Positions 42,008 to 51,648 are shown, numbered from the stretch's first letter. The stretch is DNA of 64,000 nucleotides from Smithellaceae bacterium (GCA_963667845.2 CAXXVL010000001.1:864001-928000); one strand, 5' to 3'. Numbers and translations are program-made. The notes: generated by a model from the letters alone, not told the origin.

Positions 42008-42838
42008 TCAGAAGGTGAAGTAGTTTTTCAGCACCTCTTCGATGCTCTTCTTCAGGTCGCTGTCGTAGGTGAGCGGTTCAATCATGGTGGCGCGCAGAGA
42101 ATCCTGAACCGGCATCCCGCTTTTAAGCAGCGTTCCGGCATAAACCAGCTCGCGCGTTGAGACCCCTTCCTCCAGACCCTGATGAATCAGATTGCGGATC
42201 CGGTTGGCCGCCTTCACCAGTTTTCCCGAGGTTTGTTCATCCACGCCCGCCTCACGGCTCACAATCCTGATTTCGAGATCTTCAGCGGGCCAGCCCAGAT
42301 TGATCGATATGAAACGCTGCCGGGTGCTGGGTTTTAGTTCTTTCAGAACGCTCTGATAATTGGGATTATAACTGATAACCATCATGAATCCATCCGGAGC
42401 ATGATATATTTTCCCTTTTTTCTCCACGGGCAGGTAACGCCGATGATCCGTCAGGGGGTGAATCACGACGGTGACATCTTTGCGGGCTTCAACGACTTCA
42501 TCCAGGTAGGCAATTCCGCCGTTATGCACGGCCATCAGGAGGGGACCGTCAATCCACTGCACTTCGTCGCCCTTGATAATGTAGCGTCCGGTCAGGTCGT
42601 TGGCACTGAGATCATCATGGCACGCGACCGTGTAAAGAGGCCGGTTCAGGCGCCAGGCCATATGTTCCACCAGCCGCGTCTTACCGCTTCCGGTGGGGCC
42701 ATTGAGAAGAATCGGCAGCTTATTGGCATGGGCCGCCTCAAACATCTCTATTTCCTTACCTTGCGGGAGATAAAAAGGTTCTTTGGCGATCCGAAAATCG
42801 CCATGTTCACTTTTTTCAGTTTTTTCGTGCTTTGTCAT
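42008..42838 (-). CDS. CbbQ/NirQ/NorQ (MoxR-type) AAA+ ATPase
   Basis: Walker A GPTGSGKT, ACHDDL, Walker B YLDEVVEAR, LTDHRR, LKPSTRQRF, STR. Confidence 0.93.
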   Translation of the reverse strand: MTKHEKTEKSEHGDFRIAKEPFYLPQGKEIEMFEAAHANKLPILLNGPTGSGKTRLVEHMAWRLNRPLYTVACHDDLSANDLTGRYIIKGDEVQWIDGPLLMAVHNGGIAYLDEVVEARKDVTVVIHPLTDHRRYLPVEKKGKIYHAPDGFMMVISYNPNYQSVLKELKPSTRQRFISINLGWPAEDLEIRIVSREAGVDEQTSGKLVKAANRIRNLIHQGLEEGVSTRELVYAGTLLKSGMPVQDSLRATMIEPLTYDSDLKKSIEEVLKNYFTF

Positions 42839-43134
42839 TTAATAATCCTCCTGCATGTTCATCTCCATTCATTGAACGACAGTTAGAGCTTTTTTTAGAA
42901 TAAGTATTTCGTCGCTTGTATCAACCATCGTTTTCCATCGATTAATTTCTATACTCTGAGTCTTAAAGATATTCCTTATTAATGTAGTACTAATCTGATC
43001 AATATCAAATTTTTTTTCCGTTTATTTGGAATTCTATGGCTGTCTGAAAACGCCGAATTTCGGCTGTAAGAACAGAAGTGTTTTACAAGTGTGGGTGTAT
43101 CCGGGGTTAGCCGGACCGAAGGATCTGCATAAAT

Positions 43135-43172
43135 AAAAAGTGCCTGGTTTGAGGCAAACCAGACACTTTTTT
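43135..43172 (-). terminator. Intrinsic terminator after serA (symmetrical A/T runs)
   Basis: aaaaagtgcctggtttg-agg-caaaccagacactttttt. Confidence 0.75.
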
Positions 43173-43190
43173 ATAACGATAGAATGTGTA

Positions 43191-44360
43191 TCACTTATTA
43201 TTAAGAACTCTGACGGCCACGACGCCGTTGATTGACTTAATTTTTTCTATCAGGTCGGCGCCGATACCGCCTTCCATGTCGATGATGTTGTAAGCGATGT
43301 TGCCTTTGCTTTTGTTGATCATGTCGGCAATGTTGAGCTGGTTATCCGCCAGCAAGTGAGTGATCTTCTCGATCATGCCGGGCTCGTTGCGGTTCGAAAT
43401 GGTGAGCCTGACCTTGCCCGAATTGTCCAGGGCGCATTCAGGGAAATTGACCGAGTTCTTGATGTTGCCGTTCTCCAGGAAGTCCTTAAGCTGCATGGCA
43501 GCCATGATGGCGCAGTTTTCTTCCGCTTCTTCGGTGGAAGCGCCCAGATGCGGGATGGCGATGACCTTGTCCGTCTTGATGACTTCTTCATCGGGAAAGT
43601 CCGTTACGTAGCATGCCACGATACCGTCGGCGATGGCCTTCTTCAGGGAAGGGGTATCCACGAGCCCGCCTCTGGCGAAGTTCAGGAGCACCGCGCCCTT
43701 CTTCATGACCGCGAATTTATCTGCATTGATGAATCCCTTGGTGTCCTTGTTCTGGGGGACATGCAGCGAGATGAAATCGCACTCGGACAGAAGTTTCTCC
43801 AGGCTTGGCGCCTTCTTGGTATTGCGCGACAGCCTCCAGGCCGCCTCGATGGACAGGAATGGATCATACCCCCAGACGGTCATTCCGAGACTTTCGGCGG
43901 CATTGGCCAACATGGTGCCGATGGCGCCTAGGCCCACCACGCCCAGCTTCTTGCCCAGGATTTCCGTGCCGACGAATTTTGATTTTCCCTTCTCGATCAG
44001 ATCGGGCACCTTGTCGCCTTCACCGATCAGCCCTTTGGTCCAGGTAAGGCCTTCCGCGACATGGCGTGATGACAACAGCATGCCCAGAATGACCAGTTCC
44101 TTGACGCCGTTGGCGTTTGCTCCCGGGGTATTAAAAACGACGATGCCTTTCTCCGAACATTTGTCGATGGGGATATTGTTGACACCGGCGCCGGCGCGGG
44201 CAATGGCTTTAAGACTTGACGGCAGGGTCATATCTTTCATTTCCTTGCTTCTTACCAGGATGCCGTCGGGATCGGGGATATCCGTGCGATACTCATACTT
44301 CTCGGTAAAAAGGCTGAGCCCTTTTTTTGAAATTTTATTTAAGAGATCAATCCGATACAT
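43191..44360 (-). CDS. serA: D-3-phosphoglycerate dehydrogenase with C-terminal ACT domain
   Basis: ARAGAGVNNI, GLGAIG, NFARG, PHLGAST, ACT (NRNEPGM); ATG at 44360 after GGAGG. Confidence 0.9.
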   Translation of the reverse strand: MYRIDLLNKISKKGLSLFTEKYEYRTDIPDPDGILVRSKEMKDMTLPSSLKAIARAGAGVNNIPIDKCSEKGIVVFNTPGANANGVKELVILGMLLSSRHVAEGLTWTKGLIGEGDKVPDLIEKGKSKFVGTEILGKKLGVVGLGAIGTMLANAAESLGMTVWGYDPFLSIEAAWRLSRNTKKAPSLEKLLSECDFISLHVPQNKDTKGFINADKFAVMKKGAVLLNFARGGLVDTPSLKKAIADGIVACYVTDFPDEEVIKTDKVIAIPHLGASTEEAEENCAIMAAMQLKDFLENGNIKNSVNFPECALDNSGKVRLTISNRNEPGMIEKITHLLADNQLNIADMINKSKGNIAYNIIDMEGGIGADLIEKIKSINGVVAVRVLNNK

Positions 44361-44499
44361 AAAATACCTCCTATTCCTTTCCAAACATTTTTTATTTGAG
44401 AGTATTCTGATAACATTGAATACTTACTTTTGTGTTGTCTGAGACCGAAACAAATTGCTCTTATGATTATTTACAAGAACTTCCATTTTCGCGAAATGA

Positions 44500-44528
44500 A
44501 GTATAAAGGGGCCGTTCTTGCGTGTCAA
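44500..44528 (-). promoter_or_regulatory. Sigma70-type promoter of serA
   Basis: Minus-strand TTGACA-N17-TATACT. Confidence 0.75.
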
Positions 44529-44599
44529 GGAAATCTTGGCCGTAAAATGCGAGGGTATGGAAATAGAGTGTTTTGATGTTGCGTAGATAAGATGATGTC

Positions 44600-44706
44600 A
44601 AAAAAGAAGGTTCCCTCTCGGGAACCCTTGATTTTGGTGGTGCTGGCAGTCTAGTGCGAACCAGTCTCTATACAAAATCTCGTGAAAAACGAGAAAAAAA
44701 CGAGAT
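44600..44706 (-). other. Probable attachment-site scar: tRNA/tmRNA-like 3' fragment, terminator and short arm-like repeats
   Basis: Minus strand reads ...GGTTCGCACTAGACTGCCAGCACCACCA, then a ggttccc/gggaacc hairpin and T-run; ATCTCGT/ACGAGA/ACGAGAT repeats at 44677-44706; abuts the TerL stop. Confidence 0.5.
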
Positions 44707-44714
44707 ATATCGTC

Positions 44715-45992
44715 TTAATCGTCATCATCGTCATCGTCATTTTCATCGCACAAATTCACAACCCTTATTTCAGGGTTAAAAATTGGTTTAAGCATAAGAT
44801 CGGTCAACGCCCAAACAAGAGCATCCATACGATTAGGTGAAGGGTCGCCGGGTACCCAGAGACACATTTCATCTTCCAATTCATTAAAATTTCCAACATG
44901 ATGAATTCGACCTTGCTCATATAGTGCTGCTATGGGTTCTGCTCTTGTATGCTTGTCTCTGCTTGCAGTCACGAGAGTAACTGGGACGTTTGGGTCAACC
45001 TGTCTGATGACGAGTTCAACCATTTCACCACCATTATTACTTTCAGCGACAATTCTATCGGCTACATATTGATTATAAGCATCGACTACAGCATTAGCCC
45101 ACGTTAATGGGCTTCCCTGAATCGTTTCATCCGCTAATACATAGCCCTCATCACCATATCTGCCGGCTACTATTATACCCGCATCGTCCCCGGTACTTGT
45201 AGCAGATGGGTCGACAGCAACAACGATTCTGTCTAAAGATGTTATTCCCCTTACCCTTGCATTCTCGATAATCTTACGAGTCCATAGACCGCCTGGGGCT
45301 TCATCAACATCTTCCGCCATAATCTCCATCCGGTAAGAAAGCGCCATCATGTCATTTGTTATTTCAGCTAATGCCTCTTTGCTTATGTATGGATTATCGT
45401 GCGAAGTGAAATGGAATGTTTGATAGCGTCCAGGATGTTTTTTTTCTTTTTCCTGGAACAATCTGAACATTTTCGCGGCGTGTTGCTTATCGTGGGCTTT
45501 GCTGACTGACCGACTATGAAGAGACGGTGGTGTATAGATGAAAATAGCGTCACCATTATTATCCAGCAACATCGGTGCGCCTACTTTATCCCATATGTCT
45601 TCATTCATAAGTTGATACTCATCAAAAATCATTTCGTCGGCATAATCGCCCCGGAAGGAATCGGCGTTCCAGGCCGTCTTTGCTTTAATGCGTTGCTCTG
45701 TTCCGGGAAGTTCGATATATTTTTCCGTCTCGTTCTTACACAGCACCTTCATTCTAATGAGCTCGGCTAATATTCTTGTCACCGTAGCCCAGAACGTGTC
45801 GACTTGTCCTGCCGTGGGGGCAGCGTAAAGAATGCGTTTACCTTCTAAGAATCGTTTTACGGCACGATTGGCAACTCCTATCGTTTTTCCGCCACGTCTG
45901 CCGGCACGAATAATAATTCGTTTCGCTTCGCAATTAATAAATTCCTGTTGAATTTTATGCTTGCGTCCGGAGAGATGGATTTCAATCGTCAT
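44715..45992 (-). CDS. Phage terminase large subunit
   Basis: Walker A AGRRGGKT, YAAPT, Walker B MIFDE, FTSHDNPY, nuclease motifs VAVDPS, AESNNGG, K..RAEP, NRMDALVWA. Confidence 0.92.
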   Translation of the reverse strand: MTIEIHLSGRKHKIQQEFINCEAKRIIIRAGRRGGKTIGVANRAVKRFLEGKRILYAAPTAGQVDTFWATVTRILAELIRMKVLCKNETEKYIELPGTEQRIKAKTAWNADSFRGDYADEMIFDEYQLMNEDIWDKVGAPMLLDNNGDAIFIYTPPSLHSRSVSKAHDKQHAAKMFRLFQEKEKKHPGRYQTFHFTSHDNPYISKEALAEITNDMMALSYRMEIMAEDVDEAPGGLWTRKIIENARVRGITSLDRIVVAVDPSATSTGDDAGIIVAGRYGDEGYVLADETIQGSPLTWANAVVDAYNQYVADRIVAESNNGGEMVELVIRQVDPNVPVTLVTASRDKHTRAEPIAALYEQGRIHHVGNFNELEDEMCLWVPGDPSPNRMDALVWALTDLMLKPIFNPEIRVVNLCDENDDDDDDD

Positions 45993-46293
45993 AAGTCACC
46001 CGCAATTCTATGGGACCACCATTTTTACCCGTAAGTTCGGTTTTATCTGTAACTTTACCATCAATTCTCTCGATAATTTCCTTAAAATAAGACGCATTCC
46101 CTTTTATGGCCTGCTTTGTGGCAGCAATAGCCACAAGGTCGATGATTTGTTTCTTGCTTGTTTCATCAGTACCTTCTAGTACATTTTTGATTGCATTGGT
46201 CAGGGACAATGACCCCTTTGGCCTGCCTTTTTTCTTTGGCTGATTTTTTGAAGAAAACATCTTCAGGTTTTTCTTCGACTTCTCATTGTACAT
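45982..46293 (-). CDS. Terminase small subunit-like protein (DUF5681-like)
   Basis: NL..F...QP...GRPKGS N-terminus, IIERIDGK, ELTGKNGGPI C-terminus; overlaps the TerL start; ATG at 46293 preferred over the longer ORF. Confidence 0.7.
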   Translation of the reverse strand: MYNEKSKKNLKMFSSKNQPKKKGRPKGSLSLTNAIKNVLEGTDETSKKQIIDLVAIAATKQAIKGNASYFKEIIERIDGKVTDKTELTGKNGGPIELRVTYDD

Positions 46294-46300
46294 GTTTTCT

Positions 46301-47569
46301 TTACCCCCTGTTCCGTTCAAGAATCGGTTTATTCCCTGTGAAAGCCTGCCATCTGGTACAAATGACGTCACAATAAATCGGATCCATTTCCATGCCGTAG
46401 CAGATACGGCCTAATTGTTCAGCGGCAATCAAAGCAGGACCGGATCCGAGGAAAAGGTCGAGAGTGATCTCTTCTGGTTCTGAATAATTGCTGATGCAGA
46501 ATGCGAAGAGCCCGACAGGCTTTTGTGTCGGGTGAACTCTCCTTGCCCCTTCGATGTCGCGCTTGCCTTCACGTGTATAGCCGTTCCAGACTTGACGATA
46601 TATCCTCGTGGGTGAAGTGAAACTCGTCCAGGCCATCTCACAATCAGCAAAGTTGTTTGACGACTGGTCAACCCGTTTGTCCCAGATTATCCAGCAGGGG
46701 GAGGGTGGTAGAAAGTCGGTGAAGTAATTTCCACCCCAGAGCATGACTCTTTTGATACCCAGCTCCTGACTCAATCGATAGATATTTCTGGCAGTTTCTG
46801 TTGTCGCATCACCGATAACCGGCGAATACTTTTTGCCGCCGCTGCCGATTTGACCTTTGCCTGTTATTTTGTCGATATTGCCTACAATGTTAATGCCATA
46901 GGGTGGATCCGTGAGTAGCAGTCCTATTGTCCCTGTTTTCATCAATCTTGCCACGTCGGCCTTTTTCGTCGAGTCCCCGCACATGAGCCGATGTTTTCCC
47001 AATAGCCATACGTCACCCGGTTGTGTGACGGGTTGGATGATCTGTTCCGCCTCGGCCTCGGCGTCAAAGCCATCCTCGACGACTTCGTCTGAAACTGCCA
47101 GCCAGTCCTTTGGCAAATCGACGCCCCAGTCATCCAGGGGAAGATCTGACCATTTGCTGGCCAGTATCGACAAGTCCCACTCGCCCCAAGATCCATTGTC
47201 TTTGATGGCAATGGCTCGTTTCTGGATTTCTGTCAGGTCGTTCATGACAATAACAGGCACAGAAGCCATCTTCAGTTTTTTTGCTGCCTCAAACCTCATA
47301 TTGCCGCCCAATATTTTAAAATGTCCGTTTTCCGGAGCAACTAATATGGGCCGGGCCTCAAACAGTTCTGGGGATTCTTCCAGTGATTTGCAGAGGGATT
47401 TGAACTGCTCATCCTTAATGAAGCGAGGGTTGTCCGGATTCTTCTTGATGGTTGTTATGGGTACATGTATAATTTTATAACAATCTTTCGTTGGTTTTTC
47501 CCCTTTCTTGGCGGTGTTCCTAGGAATGACTGATGGTTCTCTCAGGTGCTTCATATTTTCATTTTGCAT
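46301..47569 (-). CDS. ParB-like N-terminal domain fused to an N6/N4 DNA methyltransferase (phage type)
   Basis: NPDNPR...GGNMR ParB-like region; GDVWLLGKHRLMCGDS, TDPPY, HPTQKP, DLFLGSG; ATG at 47569 after GGAGG. Confidence 0.9.
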   Translation of the reverse strand: MQNENMKHLREPSVIPRNTAKKGEKPTKDCYKIIHVPITTIKKNPDNPRFIKDEQFKSLCKSLEESPELFEARPILVAPENGHFKILGGNMRFEAAKKLKMASVPVIVMNDLTEIQKRAIAIKDNGSWGEWDLSILASKWSDLPLDDWGVDLPKDWLAVSDEVVEDGFDAEAEAEQIIQPVTQPGDVWLLGKHRLMCGDSTKKADVARLMKTGTIGLLLTDPPYGINIVGNIDKITGKGQIGSGGKKYSPVIGDATTETARNIYRLSQELGIKRVMLWGGNYFTDFLPPSPCWIIWDKRVDQSSNNFADCEMAWTSFTSPTRIYRQVWNGYTREGKRDIEGARRVHPTQKPVGLFAFCISNYSEPEEITLDLFLGSGPALIAAEQLGRICYGMEMDPIYCDVICTRWQAFTGNKPILERNRG

Positions 47570-47714
47570 TGTCCTTCCCTCCAATATTAATTTACAAACA
47601 AAAAACAACGATGTTTAATCGTGGCGTAATGTTAAACACAAAATATGATGGAGGAAAGTGAGAGATTGATATGATTATCTTATCTTACACGTGACAAATA
47701 AAGGTAATGCCTAA

Positions 47715-48482
47715 TTAGGCGTTTTCTGGCGACCACCAAATCTGAACATCGTGTTCAATATTATTGATGATTTGTTTTGCTTTATTGAAGTCGTTTATAA
47801 GTGCCCGCCTGCGGTTTTCTTCAGAAGCTTTGTCTTCTGGAAATTCTTTTTCACGAATATCTCTATAGGTTACTTTTGGCTTACAGATCCTCATGGTATA
47901 AACCCTTAGGTATCTTTCTAGCTCTTCTTTAACAAATCGTTTAGAGGGCACTTTTCCCATAAGGATTTGCTTTACTTTCTTGACAAGTCTTTCTACCTCG
48001 GCTTTGGAAAAGTCCGCTTGAGTGATTTTCAAATATGAATGACAATCGCCATTCATACGCATAATGGCGCACAGGAGATCGGCCATTTCGAGCAGGGAAG
48101 GCTCCCGTCCCGAAGTCCTCCTGACCCCATTTATGATAGAGAGAAACATGTTCCGTATAAAATATTTCATGGATGGATCGATCCCGGATAGGTCATCAAC
48201 ATTTCCTAATGCTGTTCCTTCTTCTCCACTATTTCCCGTATAATATTTTTTGTACCAGTCATCGAACGATTTTGCGTGAATATCACCATATTTCTGATAA
48301 AGCATTATAATTGGATTTATGTCTTGCAGTGGTCCGGTTTCTGGCTTAAATTTCTCTGGAAGGGTGAGTTGGGGATTCGTGGCCGCATTTCTCTCCCAGT
48401 CACAATATTCCCGATATAAGTCCGAAAGTTTTAAATATTGCCACTTAAGGCTTTCGATTTCCTTTTCGCCTAAATATCTCAT
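47715..48482 (-). CDS. Hypothetical protein (possible island-encoded regulator)
   Basis: 255-aa ORF in AT-rich island DNA; basic helical C-terminus; no family recognised. Confidence 0.6.
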   Translation of the reverse strand: MRYLGEKEIESLKWQYLKLSDLYREYCDWERNAATNPQLTLPEKFKPETGPLQDINPIIMLYQKYGDIHAKSFDDWYKKYYTGNSGEEGTALGNVDDLSGIDPSMKYFIRNMFLSIINGVRRTSGREPSLLEMADLLCAIMRMNGDCHSYLKITQADFSKAEVERLVKKVKQILMGKVPSKRFVKEELERYLRVYTMRICKPKVTYRDIREKEFPEDKASEENRRRALINDFNKAKQIINNIEHDVQIWWSPENA

Positions 48483-48664
48483 GGGCTGTTGAACTTCCTT
48501 CCTTTATTTTGATTCATTTGTGTCGACCTTCTAGCCGTAAGAGTAACACCCCAGACATCATTAAAACTATTCTCATTAAAGAAATCTAAGTGTTTCTGTT
48601 TATTGCTTGTGACAGGATAATTTACGTAGATCAAAAAGTAATTGTTATTGTCATCCAGTTTCAT
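48479..48664 (-). CDS. Small hypothetical protein
   Basis: 61 aa, GGAG before the ATG, 4-nt overlap with the downstream gene. Confidence 0.4.
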   Translation of the reverse strand: MKLDDNNNYFLIYVNYPVTSNKQKHLDFFNENSFNDVWGVTLTARRSTQMNQNKGRKFNSP

Positions 48665-48892
48665 TGCTACTCCTTACGATAAACCTCATGCAGAATATTA
48701 GAAAAGACAATCGCCAAGATATGTCTGACTGCCTGTTGTCTCTTTAGCTGCTTCAATCATAATTTTCAATATGAACTTATCCAACTTTAATGGATGAGTC
48801 GTTAAGCTGCAAGGTTACCCACATTTCACACTTCGTGGACATCATCTGTTAAAAAACTGAAATATTTTAACTTGTACTTCGTCAATTCAGAC

Positions 48893-49597
48893 ATGAGAAT
48901 TTTAGATAAAATAGAAGAAAAAATGGAATCCATTATCGAAAATCTTTTCAAAACAAGAAGTTTTGACCCTGTCCAAATAGAAATTCAGTTAAAAAGAACG
49001 ATTGAGCGTAATTGCCGTAAAGACATCTTAGGGAAAATCATGGTCAATTCTTCGTATACGGTAAAGATGTCCGGGAAAGTTTATAAAAAAATGTCTGTAT
49101 TTGCAGATGTTTTTCAAAGACGGCTGATCCATAACATCAATGCTTGGTTAAAAGAAAAAAACTATTATCTGATTGAAGAATTGGAAATCCAATTCACAAT
49201 CAACGATTCCATTAAACGTTTTTTTGAAGTGATTCCTGCTGAGAAAAGTGCCGGTTATTGCACGACTCTGAACGATGCAACAGACGGCAGTGAGGAAGTT
49301 AATGCAGAGTTGAGGTTTATGTATGGACGCGGAAGTTTTAAACTAAGTGAAACCACCATGTTTATAGGACGCGATGAATCATGCCATTTAGTGCTTGTCG
49401 ATGAAACCATTTCTAAGAAACACGCTGTTGTTACAAAAAGAGCTAGCAGGTTTATGATCAGAGATTTGGACAGTAAAAACGGTGTTTGGGTGAATCATCA
49501 AAAAGTAAGCAAAGCTATCTTATCTGATGGAGACAAAATAATGATTGGTAATATCGGGTTCGTTTTTGATGTGGAACAGGTAATTCAAAAGATGTGA
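48893..49597 (+). CDS. FhaA-like protein (DUF3662-like N-domain + FHA)
   Basis: ILDKIEEKMESIIE.LF...DPVQIE..LKR N-terminus; FHA with intact GR, SxxH and NG (IGRD, ISKKHA, SKNG). Confidence 0.8.
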   Translation: MRILDKIEEKMESIIENLFKTRSFDPVQIEIQLKRTIERNCRKDILGKIMVNSSYTVKMSGKVYKKMSVFADVFQRRLIHNINAWLKEKNYYLIEELEIQFTINDSIKRFFEVIPAEKSAGYCTTLNDATDGSEEVNAELRFMYGRGSFKLSETTMFIGRDESCHLVLVDETISKKHAVVTKRASRFMIRDLDSKNGVWVNHQKVSKAILSDGDKIMIGNIGFVFDVEQVIQKM

Positions 49598-49743
49598 AAA
49601 TGACATGGCAGCCGGTGTGAGCAAATAACGACCGAGACCATCAGTAAGTAATTGCGATACAAGAATGTTCAATAAATATCTTGACATATCAATGTGCTAT
49701 TCAGTAAAAGGTCAAAGATCAATATCCGATATCCGGAGGCTGA

Positions 49744-51648
49744 ATGTTGATATGTCCTGAATGCAAAAAAGGCATCGGTTCTTTTTCTAAGGGCGAGGAA
49801 ATTAATTTATTAAAAAAATATTTCTGTCTGCATTGTGCTAAGGATATTACAGCACATATCAAAAAAGAACTTGGAAAACAAATTAACAGAGATCACAAAA
49901 AGCAACTTCCAAACGAAATTTCCAAAGAACTAAATCAAATAAAATCAGGATACAAAAGTCAATTAAAAGAACTTCATAGGGAAGTACGGCATGAGTCGAC
50001 TGAAGGATCTATTAAAATGCAAGAGAACGGCGAAGATCGAGATAAAGAACAAGGATACGATACGGATGATCAAAGTGATAGCGAGATCGCGCACATCGCT
50101 GCACAATATAAAGATAAAAAGTTTATCCATAACGTACAAAGCGCCATTGAAATTCAAATAAAAAATGTATCAGAAGAAAATTTGAAAGATTTGAGAATAA
50201 AATATGATCTCCTTTCAGGTGATATGCGTGAACAAACTTATCGGGTATTGCCTAAAAAGGCTCAGAAATTTGACGAATTCTATTTTTTCGCTGAAAGAGA
50301 AGGGGAGGCACGTGTTAATTTTGTTTTTGAATACCTTGATTCAAAAGACAATCCTTCAATATACACGGCACAACAGAAATATTTTGTGCATCCAAAAGAA
50401 AGAAGAATAAGCCAGCAATTTTTAGGCAACGTCAATATTGACCAGAGAGGTGTGGACAATAGCAATGCAGTTTACAATATAGGTTCAATAGGTTCTTTAA
50501 GCAAAGAAAGCTCTTCATTATTTTCTGCCGAAGGCGAATGGAAAGATTTATGTGTCGTCTTTGATAGCGAAGAGACAAAAAAGCGACGAGATGAAAAAGA
50601 AAAAAAGCGAAATTTGCTTGAAGGTGAAAAGAAATTAAAAGAAGGAAGGAAAAAATTCGATTCAATAGACAGTCGGCAACCGCTTGATGATAAAATATTA
50701 TCGCTTAAACAGGCCCGGGATTCATTTTCGCAAACAAAAGACTGTTTCAGCAAGGTGCTGGAATATGAAGAAGACGAGGCCGTTTTAAAAAGAATTAAAG
50801 AAACTGAAGATTTTTTAGAAAACATTGACAAACAAATTGAAATAATTACGCGCAAACCCATCCCTTCCATTCCACCACCTGCCAAGGTTACGTCCGGAAC
50901 ACTTCTTCTGCCGAATGGTAAAAAAGTTTTTCTTTACTCAAGGATGCCACTGACCCTCGGATTATTGAAAGAAAATGATATTGTGTTGAGGGTGATGCCC
51001 TACATGCCCAAAGAGCAGTATCTGGAAAATTTCAAAAAAAACGAAGCAATCAGCCGGAAGCATGCCACCATTTCTTCACAGAACAATCTTTTTTACCTTG
51101 CGGATCAGTCTTCGCGCAATGGCACTTATATCAATGGAAAAAAAATAGGGAGCGATATGCCCGGTGAACTGATTACGGATAAAGCGCAAGTTAGTATCGC
51201 CAAAGTGCTGGATTTGCAATTCCAGTTTTACTGGGATAATGCGGAATCGGCCAATCAGGAGAAATATAAAAAGAGTGAATGCAAATCGATTTATGGCGTT
51301 ATTACCAGCGATTGTTTTGGCATCGACAAGCGCAGCAGCATCAATGCCATTAAGATTATCAGAAAAAGCAACTGTGCCAAGAAGGAAAAGTACATTATTC
51401 TTGTTCGGGAAATTACGCTGGGTTCCAGCTCTTCAAATGCCGTCGTTCTGGAAGGTAAGAATATATCGGACATTCATGCCAGGATATTTTTCCGTGACAG
51501 ACATTACTGGATAGAAGATCTGAATTCGCTGCATGGTGTTTTTCTGAATCATCAGAAGCTTACCTCCGGTGAGGAAGCACCGCTAGGGGCTGAAGCGGAG
51601 ATTGTCGTGGGGGACGCAAAAATTATATTCCGGGGGGAAACGCGTTGA
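49744..51648 (+). CDS. Zn-ribbon + coiled coil + two FHA-like domains
   Basis: CPEC...CLHC; ISRKHA...SRNGTYING; ISDIHA...DLNSLHGVFLN. Confidence 0.8.
   Translation: MLICPECKKGIGSFSKGEEINLLKKYFCLHCAKDITAHIKKELGKQINRDHKKQLPNEISKELNQIKSGYKSQLKELHREVRHESTEGSIKMQENGEDRDKEQGYDTDDQSDSEIAHIAAQYKDKKFIHNVQSAIEIQIKNVSEENLKDLRIKYDLLSGDMREQTYRVLPKKAQKFDEFYFFAEREGEARVNFVFEYLDSKDNPSIYTAQQKYFVHPKERRISQQFLGNVNIDQRGVDNSNAVYNIGSIGSLSKESSSLFSAEGEWKDLCVVFDSEETKKRRDEKEKKRNLLEGEKKLKEGRKKFDSIDSRQPLDDKILSLKQARDSFSQTKDCFSKVLEYEEDEAVLKRIKETEDFLENIDKQIEIITRKPIPSIPPPAKVTSGTLLLPNGKKVFLYSRMPLTLGLLKENDIVLRVMPYMPKEQYLENFKKNEAISRKHATISSQNNLFYLADQSSRNGTYINGKKIGSDMPGELITDKAQVSIAKVLDLQFQFYWDNAESANQEKYKKSECKSIYGVITSDCFGIDKRSSINAIKIIRKSNCAKKEKYIILVREITLGSSSSNAVVLEGKNISDIHARIFFRDRHYWIEDLNSLHGVFLNHQKLTSGEEAPLGAEAEIVVGDAKIIFRGETR

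Noticed and set aside
37575..42838. Evidence for denitrification or Calvin cycle
   Set aside because: NorQ/CbbQ-family pair is present without norCB or Rubisco genes nearby, so function cannot be assigned.
44635..44710. Intact tRNA gene
   Set aside because: Only a 3'-like fragment; no D arm, anticodon arm or 5' acceptor strand could be folded.
44715..48664. Complete prophage
   Set aside because: No portal, capsid, tail, lysis or integrase genes in the window.
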